This document shows, in pieces, positions 13,739 through 28,100 of a stretch of DNA of 64,000 nt. Numbering within the stretch: position 1 is the stretch's first letter; each line of letters opens with the position of its first letter. The notes below the pieces were generated by a model. It saw nothing but the letters and a program-made list of their open reading frames with translations, was not told the origin of the DNA and made no database searches. Source of the DNA: Okamejei kenojei (Eukaryota); NCBI GenBank assembly GCA_035221665.1, contig CM069138.1, positions 22,444,001 through 22,508,000 of the forward strand, given 5' to 3'. The position numbers were made by a program, and so were the translations under genes.

Positions 13739-14083
13739 CAATTACAATGAGCTGGGTTCCATTCCCTCTGATATCTCCCCACACTGTGCAGTAATAGACG
13801 GCAGTGTCATTGAGCATCACGTTTGTGACATTCAGGATGAAGCTGTTGTTGGAGGTGATTTTGCACGGCTGGAACCGTTCAGTGAAGCCTGGTCTCCTTC
13901 GTACGCTGCCTCCTGCCTCGTGTGTTAAAACCCACTCCATGTCCTGCCCGGGTAGTTCTCGGTACCAGTGGACGTCAGTGTTTCCCACTTCAGAGTTCTC
14001 CATGGAGCACCATAACCGTGCCGTGTCATCCTCAGTGACACGCTCCAGCCTCGGGAATTGGATCAGGATCGGAGAATTTGCAT
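13739..14083 (-). CDS. Ig V-set (VJ-joined) exon V6, type A, membrane-proximal
   Basis: ARLWCSM...WYRELPGQ...DTAVYYCTVWGDIRGNGTQLIVI; TTAAAG| and G|GTAAGT; 345 nt. Confidence 0.92.
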
Positions 14084-15928
14084 CTTTAATGGGAAAATAT
14101 GTCTTCTTAAAAAAAAACACCTAGCACAACCATGCTTAAAGAGTGCACAGAAGCTAACACTAAATTATTAGAATTGTTTTAGTCATTCTATGGGTGGGAG
14201 ATTGCAACCTTCTCGTAGTCCACCCTGTTTCGATTAATGCAATCAACCTGACGTGCACAAACAAATAGATTAAGTGTTTTGTTAGGCTGTGCATGGTGTA
14301 CGCAAGAAGAAGAAGTCTTTCTATAGCATGCAATATGGAATTCTTTTGATTAGGGCTCTAGATGTGTATCGCACAGGAATGGGCTCTTGTGATACTTAAA
14401 ACCAGAACAATGTTACTGAGTTCAGTGATCCTGCAATATTATATAACCTGTGCATACAGGTTATGATAGGTTTGCTCGTGCTGCTCAAGAGAGTTTAAAC
14501 TAGTAAGGGTAAACAAAAATGCTGGAGAAACTCCGTAGATGCTGCCTCACCCGCTGAGTTTCTCCAGCATTTTTGTCTACCTTCGATTTTCCAGCATCTA
14601 CAGTTCCTTCTTAAATTAGTGAGACATGGGTTTGGGACCCAGAATGACAGCAGACTCATATGCTGAAAATGGAACAGGCAAGCCTAGTGGAAGCATTGGC
14701 AGAGATGGGAGGGGGAGCATGAGAGGACCGGTAGGTTTAACTGCATTTACTTTAAAGCAAGAAGCACAGCAAGTGAGAGGGATGTTGAGAGTGTAGATCA
14801 GCAGACAAGATTATGAGAGGAAGCGTGGATGATGGAAGAGCTGTAATCTATAATTAGTTTATTATTAAGTGGGGCATTTGGAATATATCAGGACAGGGTG
14901 GAGTCAAAAGGTTTTTGTAAAGGAAATCATATTCCACAAATCAGCTAATGTTTTGAGATTGTAGTTAGCAGCACAGATAAGGGAAAACTAGCTGATGTGC
15001 ATTTGGACTTTCAGAAAGCATTTGACAAGCTACAAAGATGGAGCAGATAAAAAAAAAACACTCACATATACCTGTCTTTCCACTCGCTATTCATTACACA
15101 CCCCTAGCCCCTCTGGGTACCTATATCTGCCATATCACCTCCACCTTCCGGTTCCGATCTACCACACCATCCACCCTCGGGTTCTACATTTTATTTTTCA
15201 CCTTCTTTCCTTATCAGATTTCATTATTTGTCATCTTTTGTCTTCTCCGCTTATCACCTCCAGTCTTTTTTAATATCTTCCCCTATCCCTCCTGCACCTC
15301 ATTCATCTGACAATCAACCCTTCCATATCTGAGTCTACCTGTCACTTGCAAGCTCTTGCCCCAACCCTGTTCCCTCACCTCTTTCCACCAGCTCTCTCCT
15401 ACTCCATCAGTCTGAAGAGGTCTTGACCCGAAACATTGTCTGTCCATTTACATTCCCAGATGTTGGCTGACCTGCTGAGTTCCTCTGGAACTAATATCTA
15501 CATTGGAGATCCTTGGACTATCTTTGATTGGACTTCCCTGGCTTTATCTAGCACTAAACGTTAATCACATTATTCCCTTTATCGTGTGTCTGTAAACTGT
15601 GGATGGCTCAATTGTAATTATGTATTGTCTTTCCGCCGACTGGTTAGCCCACAAAAGCTTTTTACTGTACTTTGGACACGTGACAATAAATTAAACTCAA
15701 ACTCATAACCTCAAGCTTGGCTTTTTCCGAAGAATTTGATAATATTTCTTCTCCCATGTACTTATACATTTTTTGGATTTTATGAGCTAATCTATTCCTT
15801 TTAACAACTCATATGAAGTTATCCTCTTTCTTTCCTTACTCTGATTTGTTTCAGGAGGGTTATGGGCCAAAAGCAGGCAGATGGGACTTGTGTAGCTGGG
15901 ACATGTTGGCTGGTGTGGGGAAGTTGGG

Positions 15929-18705
15929 CAGAAGAGACGAGGAGTTACAGAGAGGTGGTCACTCCAAAACCACAGGAGGCAGACAAATGGGTCACGGTTA
16001 GGAGGGGCAAGGGGCAGAGGCAGGGACTAGAAAGTACCCTGGTGGCTGTACATCTTGACAATAAGTACTCCTGCTTGGGTACTATTGCTGGGGACAGCCT
16101 ACCTGGAGGTAGCAACAGCGACCGGACCTCCGCTACAGAGACCGGCCCTGTTGCTCAGAAGGGTAAGGAAAAGAAGAGGAGGGGAATAGTAATAGGGGAC
16201 TATAGTTAGGAGGTCAGATGGGCGATTCTGTGGACGCAGTCTGGAGACTCGAATGGTAGTTTACCCCCTTGGTGCCGGGGTCTGGGATGTGTCTGAACGT
16301 GTCCAAGATATCCTGAAAAGGGAGGGAGAGGAGCCTGAGATCGTGGTGCATATTGGTACCAATGACATAGGTAGAAAAAGAGAAGAGGTCCTGAAAGGAG
16401 AATTTAGGGCGTTAGGAAGAGAGTTAAGGAAAAGGACCGCAAAGGTAACAATCTCGGGATTACTGCCTGTGCCAAGGTGCAGATAGCTATTAATGACTAT
16501 GATATAGTTGGGATCACGGAGACTTGGCTCCAGGGTGACCAAGGCTGGGAACTGAACATCCAGGGATATTCAATATTCAGGATGGATAGACAGAAAGGTT
16601 AAGGAGGTGGGGTAGCGTCACTGGTTAGAGAGGAGATTAACGCAATAGAAAGGAAGGACATTCGCTTGGAGGATGTGGAATCGATATGGGTAGAGCTGCG
16701 AAACACTAAGGGGCAGAAAAGGCTAGTGGGGGTTGTGCACAGGCCACGTAACAGTAGTAGTGAAGTTGGGGTTGGTATCAAACAGGAAATTAGAAATGCA
16801 TGCAACAAAGGTAAAACAGTTATAATGGGTGACTTCAATCTACATATAGATTGGGTGAATCAAATTGGCGGGGGTGCTGAGGAAGAGGATTTCTTGGAAT
16901 GTATGCAGGATAGTTTTCTAAACCAACATGTAGATGAACCAATGAGAGAGTAGGCTAGTCAATACTGGGTATCACTGGGGAACAAGGACATGGCAGACCA
17001 ATTGAATAATTACTTTGATTCTGTCTTCACTAAGGAAGACATAAACAATCTGCCGGAAATGGCAGGGAACCGGGGATCAAAGAAGATGGAGGAACTGAAT
17101 GAAATCCAAGTTAGCCTGGAAGTGGTTGTGGGTAAATTGAATGGATTAAAGGCCAATAAATCCCCAGGGCCAGATAGGCTGCATCCCAGAGTACTCAAGG
17201 AAGTAGCCATAGAAATAGTGGATGTATTAGTGATAATTTTTCAAAACTCTTTAGATTCTGGAGTAGTTCCTGAGTATTGGAGGGTAGCTAATGTAACCCC
17301 ACTTTTTAAAAAAGGAGGGAGAGAGAAAATGGGGAATTACAGATCAGTTAGTCTAACATTGGTAGTGGGGAAACTGCTAGTCAGTTATTAAAGATGTGAT
17401 AGCAGCACATTTGGAAAGTGGTGAAATCATTGGACAAAGTCAGCATGGATTTACGAAAGGTAAATCATGTCTGACGAATCATACAGAATTTTTCGAGGAT
17501 GTAACTAGTAGAGTGGATAAGGGAGAACCAGTGGATGTGTTATATCTGGACTTTCAGAAGAGATTAGTATACAAACTTAAAGCACACGGTATTGGGGGTT
17601 CAATATTGATGTGGATAGAGAACTGGCTGGCAGACAGGAAGCAAAGTGTAGGAGTAAACGGGTCCTTTTCAGAATGGCAGGCAGTGACTAGTGGGGTACC
17701 GCAAGGCTCAGTGCTGGGACCCCAGCTATTTACAATATATATTAATGATTTGGACGAGGGAATTGAATGCAACATTTCCAAGTTTGCGGATGACACGAAA
17801 CTGGGGGGCAGTGTTAGGTGTGAGGAGGATGCCAGGAGGCTGCAAGGTGACTTGAATAGGCTGGGTGAGTGGGGAAATACATGGCAGATGCAGTATAATG
17901 TGGATAAATGTGAGGTTATCCACTTTGGTGGCAAAAAAAGGAGGGAAGACTATTACCTGAATGGTGGCCGATTAAGAAAAGGGGAGATGCAACGAGACCT
18001 GGGTGTCATGGTACACCAGTCATTGAAAGTAGGCATGCAGGTGCAGCAGGCAGTGAATAAAGCGATCGTAGTTAGTATTCATAGGAAAATGATATGCATA
18101 TAGGAGCAGGGAGGTTCCACTGGAGTTGTACAGGGTTTTGGTGAGACCACACCTGGAGTATAGTGTACAGTTTTTGTCTCCAAATCTGAGGAAAGACATT
18201 CTTGCCATAGAGGGGGTAACGAGAAGGTTCACCAGACTGATTCCTGGGATGTCAGGACTATCATATGAGGAAAGATTGGATAGACTCGGTTTGTACTTGC
18301 TAGTCTTTAGAAGATTGAGGGGGGATCTTATAGAAACTTACAAAATTCTTAAGGGGTTGGACAGGCTAGAAGCAGGAAGATTGTTCCCAATGTTGGGGAG
18401 GTCCAGAACAAGTGGTCACAGTTTAAGGATAAGGGGGAATTCCTTTAGGACCGAGATGAAGAAAACATTTTTCACACAGAGAGTGGTGAGTCTCTGGAAT
18501 TCTCTGCCACAGAAGGTAGTTGAGGCCAGTTCATTGGCTATATTTAAGAGGGAGTTAGATGTGGCCCTTGTGGCTAAAGGGATCAGGGGGTATGGAGAGG
18601 TACAGGATACTGAGATGAATGATCAGCCATGATCATATTGAATGGCGGTGCAGGCTCGAAGGGCCGAATGGCCTACTCCTGCACCTATTTTCTATGTTTC
18701 TATGT
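15929..18705 (+). mobile_element. CR1-clade LINE with internal deletions
   Basis: IVIGD and HIGTND (ORF1), MGDFN, GVPQGSVLGP, KFADDTK; 3' tail (TTTCTATG)n. Confidence 0.9.
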
Positions 18706-19025
18706 AGGTGCCTGTTTCCTCGCATTATGACTATTTGACTTTATGCTATTGATTGGTAATATATTCCATCACTGACAACTCAAACCCAAAGGTTTGTTCA
18801 TCCAAAACCCATTTGCGGAGACTTTTTACACTTTTGATTTTTGTTTCCTTGTATTCCTCTTTTCACATACTTTTCTATTTCCTAGCTATTGCACATTACA
18901 TGCCAAGAACTTCTCCACTCTCTGTTTTACTGGGAGTGGTACAGTTCCAATGTGTCTGTGAGTCATTGCGTGAAGGTTGAAGTGTAAGCTGCTGTTATCG
19001 TCAGTGCAGGCAAACAATGACTTAC

Positions 19026-19373
19026 CAGTTACATTGAGCTGGGACCCTGCTCCATAGATGTAACTCCACACACTGCAGTTGTAGACAGCAGTATCATTGA
19101 TGGAGACATTGGCGATGGTCAGAATGTAACTGTTGCTCATGGCATTCCTGAAAGACTTAAAGCGGTCAGAGATACAGCCGGACCTGGTGACGTTGCCATC
19201 CACGAAGTGGCTCATTACCCACTCGCTGTTTTTCCCAGGTCGCTGCTGGTTCCAGTGGACGTCAGTGTCATTCACACTGGCATTGTGCAAGACACATTGC
19301 AACTGCACAGTTACACCCTCTGCCACCTTGCTGATTGATGGAGATTGGATCAGGACCGGATCATCCAGGGGAT
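19026..19373 (-). CDS. Ig V-set (VJ-joined) exon V5, type B
   Basis: Differs from V3 at 2 internal residues (SISK/SVSK, RSGC/RSSC); CACAG| and G|GTAAGT; 348 nt. Confidence 0.92.
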
Positions 19374-21268
19374 CTGTGTGAATATACATGGAACTCAATG
19401 GATGTTATCATATCTCTCCAGCATTTAGTGTGTAAGTTTCTAAAATTTGAATACCATCACATGCTTCCCAGTGAGGGTCAGGATAATTGAAGAGTAAGAT
19501 TATTGAGGATGTCAGACTTATGCATGTTCTCCAGACTTGCTGGCTGACCTTTTAAATTACTCCAACAACTTGTGCCTTTTGTTTTTTAACATATTATTTG
19601 CCTTCCAAACTGCTCATTCTATCTACATGTTGATCTTGTTATTTTGTGCATAAGAACACCCAGATTATTTTGACATTACAGTCACACAACATTCAAAAAA
19701 ATACTTTGCATGTCCATTTTTCCTGCAGAAGCGAATGATTATATTTTTACAAGTTATAGTCCATCTGGCTTGTGCTGATCTTTATACTTGTCTGTGCCCC
19801 CTGCAGCCTCCTCACATGTTGCATCACCTACCAACTAACCTGGATATGTTATACTTCGTCTCCTCATCCTTGATTGTGAACAGTGAGGGTCCCAGTACCA
19901 AACCCTGCACCACCTCTCAGCTTGAATACCTGCAGTTTATTCCAGTTCCTGCAGGAGATTTAACCAAGATATTCTCCCATCTATGTGTCTGCTTGTGATG
20001 AATAATGGTCAATCTCGTTTACAGCTACTGTCTCCGCATGGCTCATTGAAAAACCCAACCCTACTTTGCTAGTCACAAACATCTAACAACGTGAGCTTTA
20101 AAAGATTTCTCACCCAAGATGTCCATTTGATACATCCACGTTGACTCTGTTCTTACACCTACCCTATTCTTCTGCCTTTGTGTCGGATTCTTATCCTTCC
20201 TTTACTGCCAACGGTGCAATGAGTTATCTATTTCACTCGAACATGGAAATTATATTGAGGGGGAATTTCAACCCTGCTTCACACTATTTAACGTGGATTA
20301 GGGGCCCATATCAACACAATGCAGATGAGCAAAGACTCAGCTCCAGCCAACAATGAACTGTCAGCCTGAGGGAGGGCACGAACACAGGTGATCAATGTGT
20401 AACCTGTTTCTTCGCAGCTAGTCCCAGATCCCTGGCCTTGGATCCAGTGACAGCGTTGTTGTTGCTGCCTCTGCGCTGTACGTGGTACAAGTGTCAGTGA
20501 TTCCTGGTTGAAAACAAGCCTGAAGGTTCGCTGGTCGGCGGGACTGGGAACCTGTCAAAAGGCTCATCTGTTGGCATGACTGGGAGAGAGTTGGAGACGT
20601 CAGACACAAGGAGCAAGGGCCGGTGTGAGGTTGAACCAGGGAAATGTCTCCAGCGCCTTCAGTTAGGCTGCTGGATGCACCCCCGAGACACAAAGATGGC
20701 CGGGCGAGGAGAGGAGAGGGACATTGGTTTGTGGGAACTACTCCAGTAGTGGGCTGAGCGGATGAGCGGATGTTGCACTTTGAATGATGGAGCCAAAACA
20801 TGGCGGCACCAGCATGTGCAATACATGCAAAAAGAATTTCACTGCACAGTTGCATATGTGACAAATAATGAACCATTGAACCATTGAAATAAGGAGGCAA
20901 CATTAGTTCATCTAAAGCCATGACAAGTTGGTGTTCTGCTCTCCTGTACCTTATCTCAAACAGCTGCGAGCAATGCCCTGCTTTTACACTGCGCACTGAA
21001 CAATGTTTCTAGTTTTCTCTACAATGAAGAACACACTGCACATTGAAATTTGTTTTCCACAACCAAGACATGACATACAGGTCAGTTACCATATCAGTGC
21101 TCTCACCATTAGTGAGGGGCCACAATGTTTTGGTCTCCAGAATCAGGGCTCCAGTATGATCTCCTTACTCTTTTGGTAATTCCAGTACGTGTGCCAATTC
21201 AAGGGAAGTGAATTACACCCAATATAGTTACACATAGGTGAATAAAACCAATTATAATTTGTACTCAC

Positions 21269-21613
21269 TGGTTACGTTGAGCTGGGTTCCATTCCCTCTG
21301 ATATCTCCCCACACTGTGCAGTAATAGACGGCAGAGTCATTGAGCATCACGTTTGTGCCCATCAGGATGAAGCTGCTGTTGGAGGCCTCTCTGAAAGGCT
21401 GGAACCGCTCAGTGAAGCCTGGTCTCCTTCGTACGCTGCCTCCTGCCTCGTGTGTTAAAACCCACTCCATGTCCTGCCCTGGTAGTTCTCGGTACCAGTG
21501 GACGTCAGTGTTTCCCACTTCACTGTTCTCCATGGAACACCTTAACCGTGCCGTGTGACCCTCAGTGACACGCTCCAGCCTCGGGAATTGGATCAGGATT
21601 GGAGGATTTGCAA
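21269..21613 (-). CDS. Ig V-set (VJ-joined) exon V4, type A
   Basis: ARLRCSM...DVHWYRELPGQDMEWVL...GFTERF...DSAVYYCTVWGDIRGNGTQLNVT; TTTCAAG| and A|GTGAGT; 345 nt. Confidence 0.92.
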
Positions 21614-22319
21614 CTTGAAAGGGAAAATATCAATAGATGAACACTAATGTTGGGGTTGCTAAATAATTTATGTGTTTCAACATAAAATACATTAATCCTT
21701 TGACATTAGATAACCTCATGTAAAAGTGATGCTAACATAGTTAGCATCTGATATTAAAATCCTGATTGCAGCTGATTGCAACTTTCTCCCTGTTTACGAT
21801 TATCTTTCACTCTCTCTCTCTCCCTTCCTCCAGTGTTGGGAGGTGTTGCCTCACAATGGGGATTTCATTTTTCATTTAGCTTTGTTTAGCCGTCTATTTG
21901 TTGCACTCTACACAGAGATAAGCAGATCTCTGTATATTGGAGGAATAATATACAGTCTTGGGATGCGTCTGAACATGTCCAAGATATCCTGAGAAGGGAG
22001 GGAGAGGAGCCTCAGGTCATGGTGCATGTTGGTATCAATGACATAGGTGGAAAAAGAGAAGAGGTCCTGAAAGCAGAATTTAGGGTTAGGAAGAGAGTTA
22101 AGGAAAAGGACCGCAAAGGTTACAATCTCAGGATTACTGCCTGTGCCACGCGACAGTGAGAGTAGGAATGGAGCGAGGTTGAGGATAAATGCGTGGCAGA
22201 ACGACTGGGTGCAGAGGGCAGGGATTCAAGTTTCTAGATCATTGGAACCTCTTTTGGGGAAGGAGCGACCTTTATAAAAAGGACGGGTTGCACTTGAACC
22301 CGAAGGGGAACAGTATCCT

Positions 22320-25113
22320 TTTTTTTTTGATAATATTTGTATTGTCTCTGATTTTGAAATATAGGACTAAATTTTATGTAATTAAAAATACGTAATACTA
22401 GTAAAACTTTTATGATATTCATTATATTTTCATACTGTTAATAATATTTGTATTATCATTGATTTTAAATTTAAAATTATATATTTTATATAATTGAAAA
22501 TACATGATACTAATAATACTTTCATAAAGTTAGTGATATTTATATTCGTACTGATATTAAAAATTTAAGATTATGTGTTTCTATACTTTTTTCTAATTTT
22601 TTATATAAGTATGAAAAGATAGAGAGAAAAAGTGTGAAAAGTTTGATGGAGAATGGAATATTACTCATTATTACCCATATCACACATCTGAGCTATGCTT
22701 TTACAAAATTGTATTCCCTTAGTTTTGAGTGCCAGCAGGGTTAACAGGGGAATATTTTCTTGTATTCCCCTTTCTTGCGAACGCCTATGGACTTTACGTG
22801 TTAAAACAGCGGTAAATATAGACTTATATTCCCCTGGTCTCACATCCGGGAACTTGGCAATGTGGCGCTGCGTGGGAAATTTAGAATTTGTTCTCGACAA
22901 AACAAGCAAAATGGCAGCCTCCTGCGAGAAGAGGTTCGCGACTTTTGACGAACAGCAATTTGACGAGATTTTACAAAACAAAGACGCGCAGAACACGAAG
23001 AAGGCAACGAAACAAGCAGTAACAATATTCAAGGAATATTTGATGGAGAAGGGTCTAGATGTCGATATTCAAACGGCAGACAGGAAGACTTTGGCGTCCA
23101 TTTTGGCTAAATTTTACGTGGAAGTCCGCCGAGCTGAGATGTTGAGATTTTCCTCTAGATGTCTGATATGGGTAATAATAACAATATTGACTGTCCTTAT
23201 CTTCGACTCGGGCAATATGAATCTACTTCAGGCAATATATGTCGTATCCCCCTCAAGGCCAGTCAATATTCTATTATTAATCCATCCTTGGAGATATATT
23301 CATGATTTATTATATATATTTCTTCATCTATTCAAATATTCAGGTCTCAGTCAAGTCCTCGCGCCGAACCATTATGACCCTGTAAATATTTAATATATGG
23401 AGACCAAATCCTTCTGAAGAGATCTAACCTGTCCATTAGGACAAGCCTCAATCTCTCCAGATGAAGTGTCTCCGACATTTCTATATTCCACATTTTGATT
23501 GTTGGGGATGTAGGGCCTTTCCAAAATTTTAATATTAATTTTTTCCCAATTATTAAACAATAGTCGATAAAAGTTCTTTGGTTCATTGTTATTAGTTGGT
23601 CAGTTTCAAGTATTCCAAGTATTATTAACTTTGGATCAGGAGTCAAAGTTATATTGACAACATTCGAAATTATCTTAAATATTTCATTCCAGTATTTTTA
23701 CAATTTTTATACAGTTAGTGAATGAGTGTGACAAATTTGCTTCTGAGATTTGACATTTATCACATATAGAGGATATTTTTGGGAAAATATTATGTAATTT
23801 AGATTTGGAATAATGTAATCTATGTAGTATTTTAAACTGTATAAGGGAATGTTTAGCATTTAACGAACAATGATGTATATGTTGTAAACTTTCATCCCAT
23901 ATTTCTGGTCTTATAATTTGGCCTAATTCATTTTCCCAAGACTGTCTATGTATTTCTGTTGATGGGACATCACTTTCCAATAAAAAATTGTATTTATATG
24001 ATATCATTTTTTCCGTATTTGGGTGTTTATTCAAGCATTCATCTAAAATTTCTGTCTTTCTATTTCTAAGTTCTTGTGTATTTGCAGAAGCATAATTTCT
24101 GATTTGTAAATATCTAAAATATTCTTTATTGTGTAGTCCATAAGTTTGTTGTAACTCTTGAAATGAGAGAAAAGAGTTTTCCTTATAAAGATCACCCATC
24201 TTAGAAATTCCTTTATTTCTCCATTGTAAAAAAGCCTTATCCATCATTGAAGGTTTGAACGTAACATTATTGGCGATGGTAAGACCTAATGGTATAAATT
24301 TTAGTTTTAATGTTTTCTTTATTTGTTTCCAGATGCGGATTCCGTTTTCTATTATCGGATTTTCACTATAAATTATCTTAGCTACGTAAGTGTTAGCAAA
24401 TATTATAGAGCTAATTTCAAATGGAGAACAATCTTCTTTTTCCATATTTAACCAATTTGGTTTATTATCTATTTCTTCTAGCCAAAAATTCATATTTTTA
24501 ATATTGACTGCCCAGTAATAAAACATAAGATTTGGTAATGCTAATCCTCCATTTATTTTAGGTTTACATAAATGTTTTTTATTTATTCTATGGCTCTTGT
24601 AATCCCAGATAAAGTTAGTAATTAGAGAATCTACTTTTTTGAAAAAAATTTTAGGGAGATATATCGGAATTAATTGAAATAGATATAATAATTGTGGGAG
24701 AAAAATCATTTTTATTGCATTAATTTTACCTAACATTGAAATAGGTAAGCTTTTCCAGTATAAAATATTCTTATTTAATTTATTCAATAATGGAGGGAAA
24801 TTAAATTTAAATAAAGAGTCAAATCTTTTTGTAACGAAAATCCCAAGATATTTAATATTTTCGTTTGTTATCTTAAAAGGGAATTGTTGTAATATATGTA
24901 AATTATTCACCGTTATTGGCATGAGTTCACTTTTATTCCAATTGATACTGTATCCTGAGAGAGATCCGAATTCCGTTATTAGTTTTAACAAATTTCGGAT
25001 ACTTGTTTCTGGTTCAGTGATGTAAAGTAATACATCATCTGCATATAAGGAGATTTTATTTTTGGTATCTCTAGTATCATATCCATGTATTTCCGGGTGT
25101 AATCTCAGGGACA
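22320..25113 (-). mobile_element. 5'-truncated L1/Tx1-clade LINE with poly(A) and about 14-bp TSD
   Basis: ORF 23684-25144 has SLYADDVLLY, KYLGI, GGLALP and a C-terminal CxxC...H...C. Poly-T at 22320-22328. TSD GGGAACAGTATCCT (22306-22319) / GGGACCAGTATCCT (25114-25127). Confidence 0.88.
22667..23279 (+). mobile_element. Non-autonomous Crypton-like element fragment inside the L1 3' UTR
   Basis: Encodes NTKKATKQAVTIFKEYL...LASILAKFYVEVRR, resembling the N-terminus of Crypton/KCTD1/ZMYM-type tyrosine recombinases. Bounded by ATTATTA direct repeats. Confidence 0.6.
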
Positions 25114-28100
25114 GGGACCAGTATCCTGGCGGGGAAATTCGCAAAGGCTACTGGGGAGACTTTAAACTAGAATGGTTGGGGGGAGGGACTCAAATAGAGA
25201 AAGCTAGTAGACAGCTGTCTGAGGCAAGAGGCAGAGAAATGAAGTACTCAGACCCAACATGTAGGGGGGAAAGAAGAAAAAAATAATAAACAGAGAATAA
25301 GAAGTGGTTGGTTTCTTAAATGGGTGAGCGGAGAGAAAGAGAGGTATAAAATGAGGGTAGATTTAATTGGTAACAAGGTGAAAAGTAAAAGTGGCAGGCA
25401 GACAAACCCAGGGCAAAAATCAAAAAGGGCCACTTTTCAACATAATTGTATAAGGTGTAAGAGTGTTGTATAAACAAGCCTGAAGGCTTTGTGTCTCAAT
25501 ACGAGGAGCATTCGTAATAAGGTGGACGAGTTGAAGGTGCTGATAGCTATTAATGACTATGATATAGTTGGGATCACGGAGACATGGCTCCAGGGTGACC
25601 AAGGCTGGGAACTGAACATCCAGGGATATTCAATATTCAGGAGGGATAGACAGAAAGGTAAAGGAGGTGGGGTAGCGTCACTGGTTAGAGAGGAGATTAA
25701 TGCAATAGAAAGGAAGGGCATTAGCTTGGAGGATGTGGAATCGATATGGGTAGAGCTGCGAAACACTAAGGGGCAGAAAAAGCTAGTGGGAGTTGTGCAC
25801 AGGCCACCTAACAGTAGTAGTGGAGTTGGGGATGGCATCAAACAGGAAAAAAGAAATGCGTGCAACAATGGTAAAACAGTTATAATGGGTGACTTCAATC
25901 TACATATAGATTGGATGAATCAAATTGGCAGAGGTGCTGAGGAAGAGGATTTCTTGGAATGTATGCGGGGTAGTTTTCTAAACCAACATGTAGATGAACC
26001 AACGAGAGAGCAGGCTATTCTATACTGGGTATTCGGTAATGAGGAAGGGTTAGTTAGCAGTCGTGTTGTGCGTGACCCCTTGGGCAAGAGTGATCATAAT
26101 ATGGTTGAGTTCATCATTAGGATGGAGAGTGACATAATTAATTCAGAAACAAGCATTCTGAACTTAAAGAAAGGTAACTTTGAAGGTATGGGACGTGAAT
26201 TGGCCAAGATAGACTGGCAATTGATTCTTAAATGGTTGACAGTGGATGTGCAATGGAAGGCATTTAAAGATGGCATGGATGAACTACAACAATTGTTCAT
26301 CCCAGTTTGAGAAAATAATAAATCGGGGATGGTAGAGCATCCGTGGATAACAAGGGAAATCAGGGATAGTATCAAAACAAAAGATGAAGCATACAAATTA
26401 GCCAGAAAAAGCAACCTACCATAGGACTGGGAGAAATTCAGTTCAGCAGAGGAGGACAAAGGGCTTAATTAGGAAAGGGAAAATAGATTATGAAAGAAAA
26501 CTGGGAGGGAACATAAAAATTGACTGCAAAAGTTTTTATAGCTATGTGAAGAGAAAAAGATTAGTTAAAACGAATGTAGGTCCCTTGCAGTCAGAAACAG
26601 GTGAATTGAACATGGGGAACAAGGACATGGCAGACCAATTGAATAACTACTTTGGTTCTGTCTTCACTAAGGAAGACATAAATAATCTGCCAGAAATAGC
26701 AGGGGACCGGTGGTCAAATAAGATGGAGGAACTGAGTGAAATCCAGGTTAGCCGGGAAGTGGTGTTGGGTATATTGAATGGATTAAAGGCTGATAAATCC
26801 CCAGGGCCAGATAGGCTGCATCCTAGAGTACTCAAGGAAGTAGCCACAGAAATAGTGGATGCATTAGTGATAATGTTTCAAAACTCTTAAGATTTTGGAG
26901 TAGTTCCTGAGGATTGGAGGGTAGCTAATGTAACCCCACTTTTTATATAAGGAGTCAGTGAGAAAATGGGGAATTACAGTCCAGTTAGTCTAACATCGGT
27001 AGTGGGGAAATTGCTAGAGTCACTTATTAAAGATGGGATAGCAGCACATTTGGAAAGTGGTGAAATCAATGGACAAAGTCAGCATGGGTTTACAAAAGGT
27101 AAATCATGTCTGACGTATCTGATAGAATTTTTCGAGGATGGAACTAGTAGAGTAGATCAGGGAGAACCAGTGGATGTGTTATATCTGGACTTTCAAAAGG
27201 CTTTCGACAAGTTCCCACATAAGAGATTAGTATATAAATTTAAAGCACATGGTATTGGGGGTTCAGGATTGATTTGGATAGAGAACTGGCTGGCAGACAG
27301 GAAGCAAAGGGTAGGCGTAAACGGGCCCTTTTCAGAATGGCAGGCAGTGACTAGTGGGGTACTGCAAGGCTCAGTGCTGGGACCCCAGCTATTTACCACA
27401 TATATTAATGATTTGGATGAGGGAATCGAATGCAACATCTCCAAGTTTGCGGATGACACAAAGCTGGCGGGCAGTGTTAGGTGTGAGGAGGATGCTAGGA
27501 GGCTGCAAGGTGACTTGGATATGCTGGGTGAGTGGAAAAATGCATGGCAGATGCAGTATAATGTGGATAAATGTGAGGTTATCCACTGTGGTGGCAAAAA
27601 AAGAAGGGTAGACTATTACCTGAATGGTGGCCGATTAGAAAAAGGGGAGATGCAAAGAGACCTGGGTGTCTTGGTACACCAGTCATTGAAGTACGCAATT
27701 CTTAAGGGGTTAGACAGTCTAGATGCAGGGAGATTGTTCCCGATGTTTGGGCGGTCCAGAACAAGGTATCACAGTTTAAGTATAAGGGGGATTTCCTTTA
27801 GGACCGAGAAGAGGAAAACATTATTCACACAGAGAGTGGTGAGTCTCTGGAATTCTCTGCCACAGAAGGTAGTTGAGGCCAGTTAATTGGCTATATTTAA
27901 GAGGGAGTTACAATTGATGTGGCCCTTGCTAAAGGGATCAGGGGGGTATGGAGAGAAGGCAGGTACAGTATACAGAGTTGAATGATCAGCCATGATCATA
28001 TTGAATGGCGGTGCAGGCTTGAAGGGCCGAATGGCCTACTCCTGCACCTATTTTCTATGTTTCCATGTTTCTATGTAAGAACCTGTTTCCACGCATTATG

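Larger units (their letters stand above)
21958..28076 (+). mobile_element. CR1-clade LINE (duplicate of the 15929-18705 insertion), interrupted by an L1 insertion
   Basis: APE 25489-26310, RT 26966-27886. Has the same 3' flank as the 15.9-18.7 kb copy. Confidence 0.9.

Noticed and set aside
13782-13788. Perfect RSS heptamer CACAGTG right after the YYC codons of type A exons (also 21312-21318)
   Set aside because: It is made by the Cys-Thr-Val codons. The 12- and 23-bp spacer positions give AGAGGGAAT and AACCCAGCT, not an ACAAAAACC nonamer, and it is absent from types B and V1.
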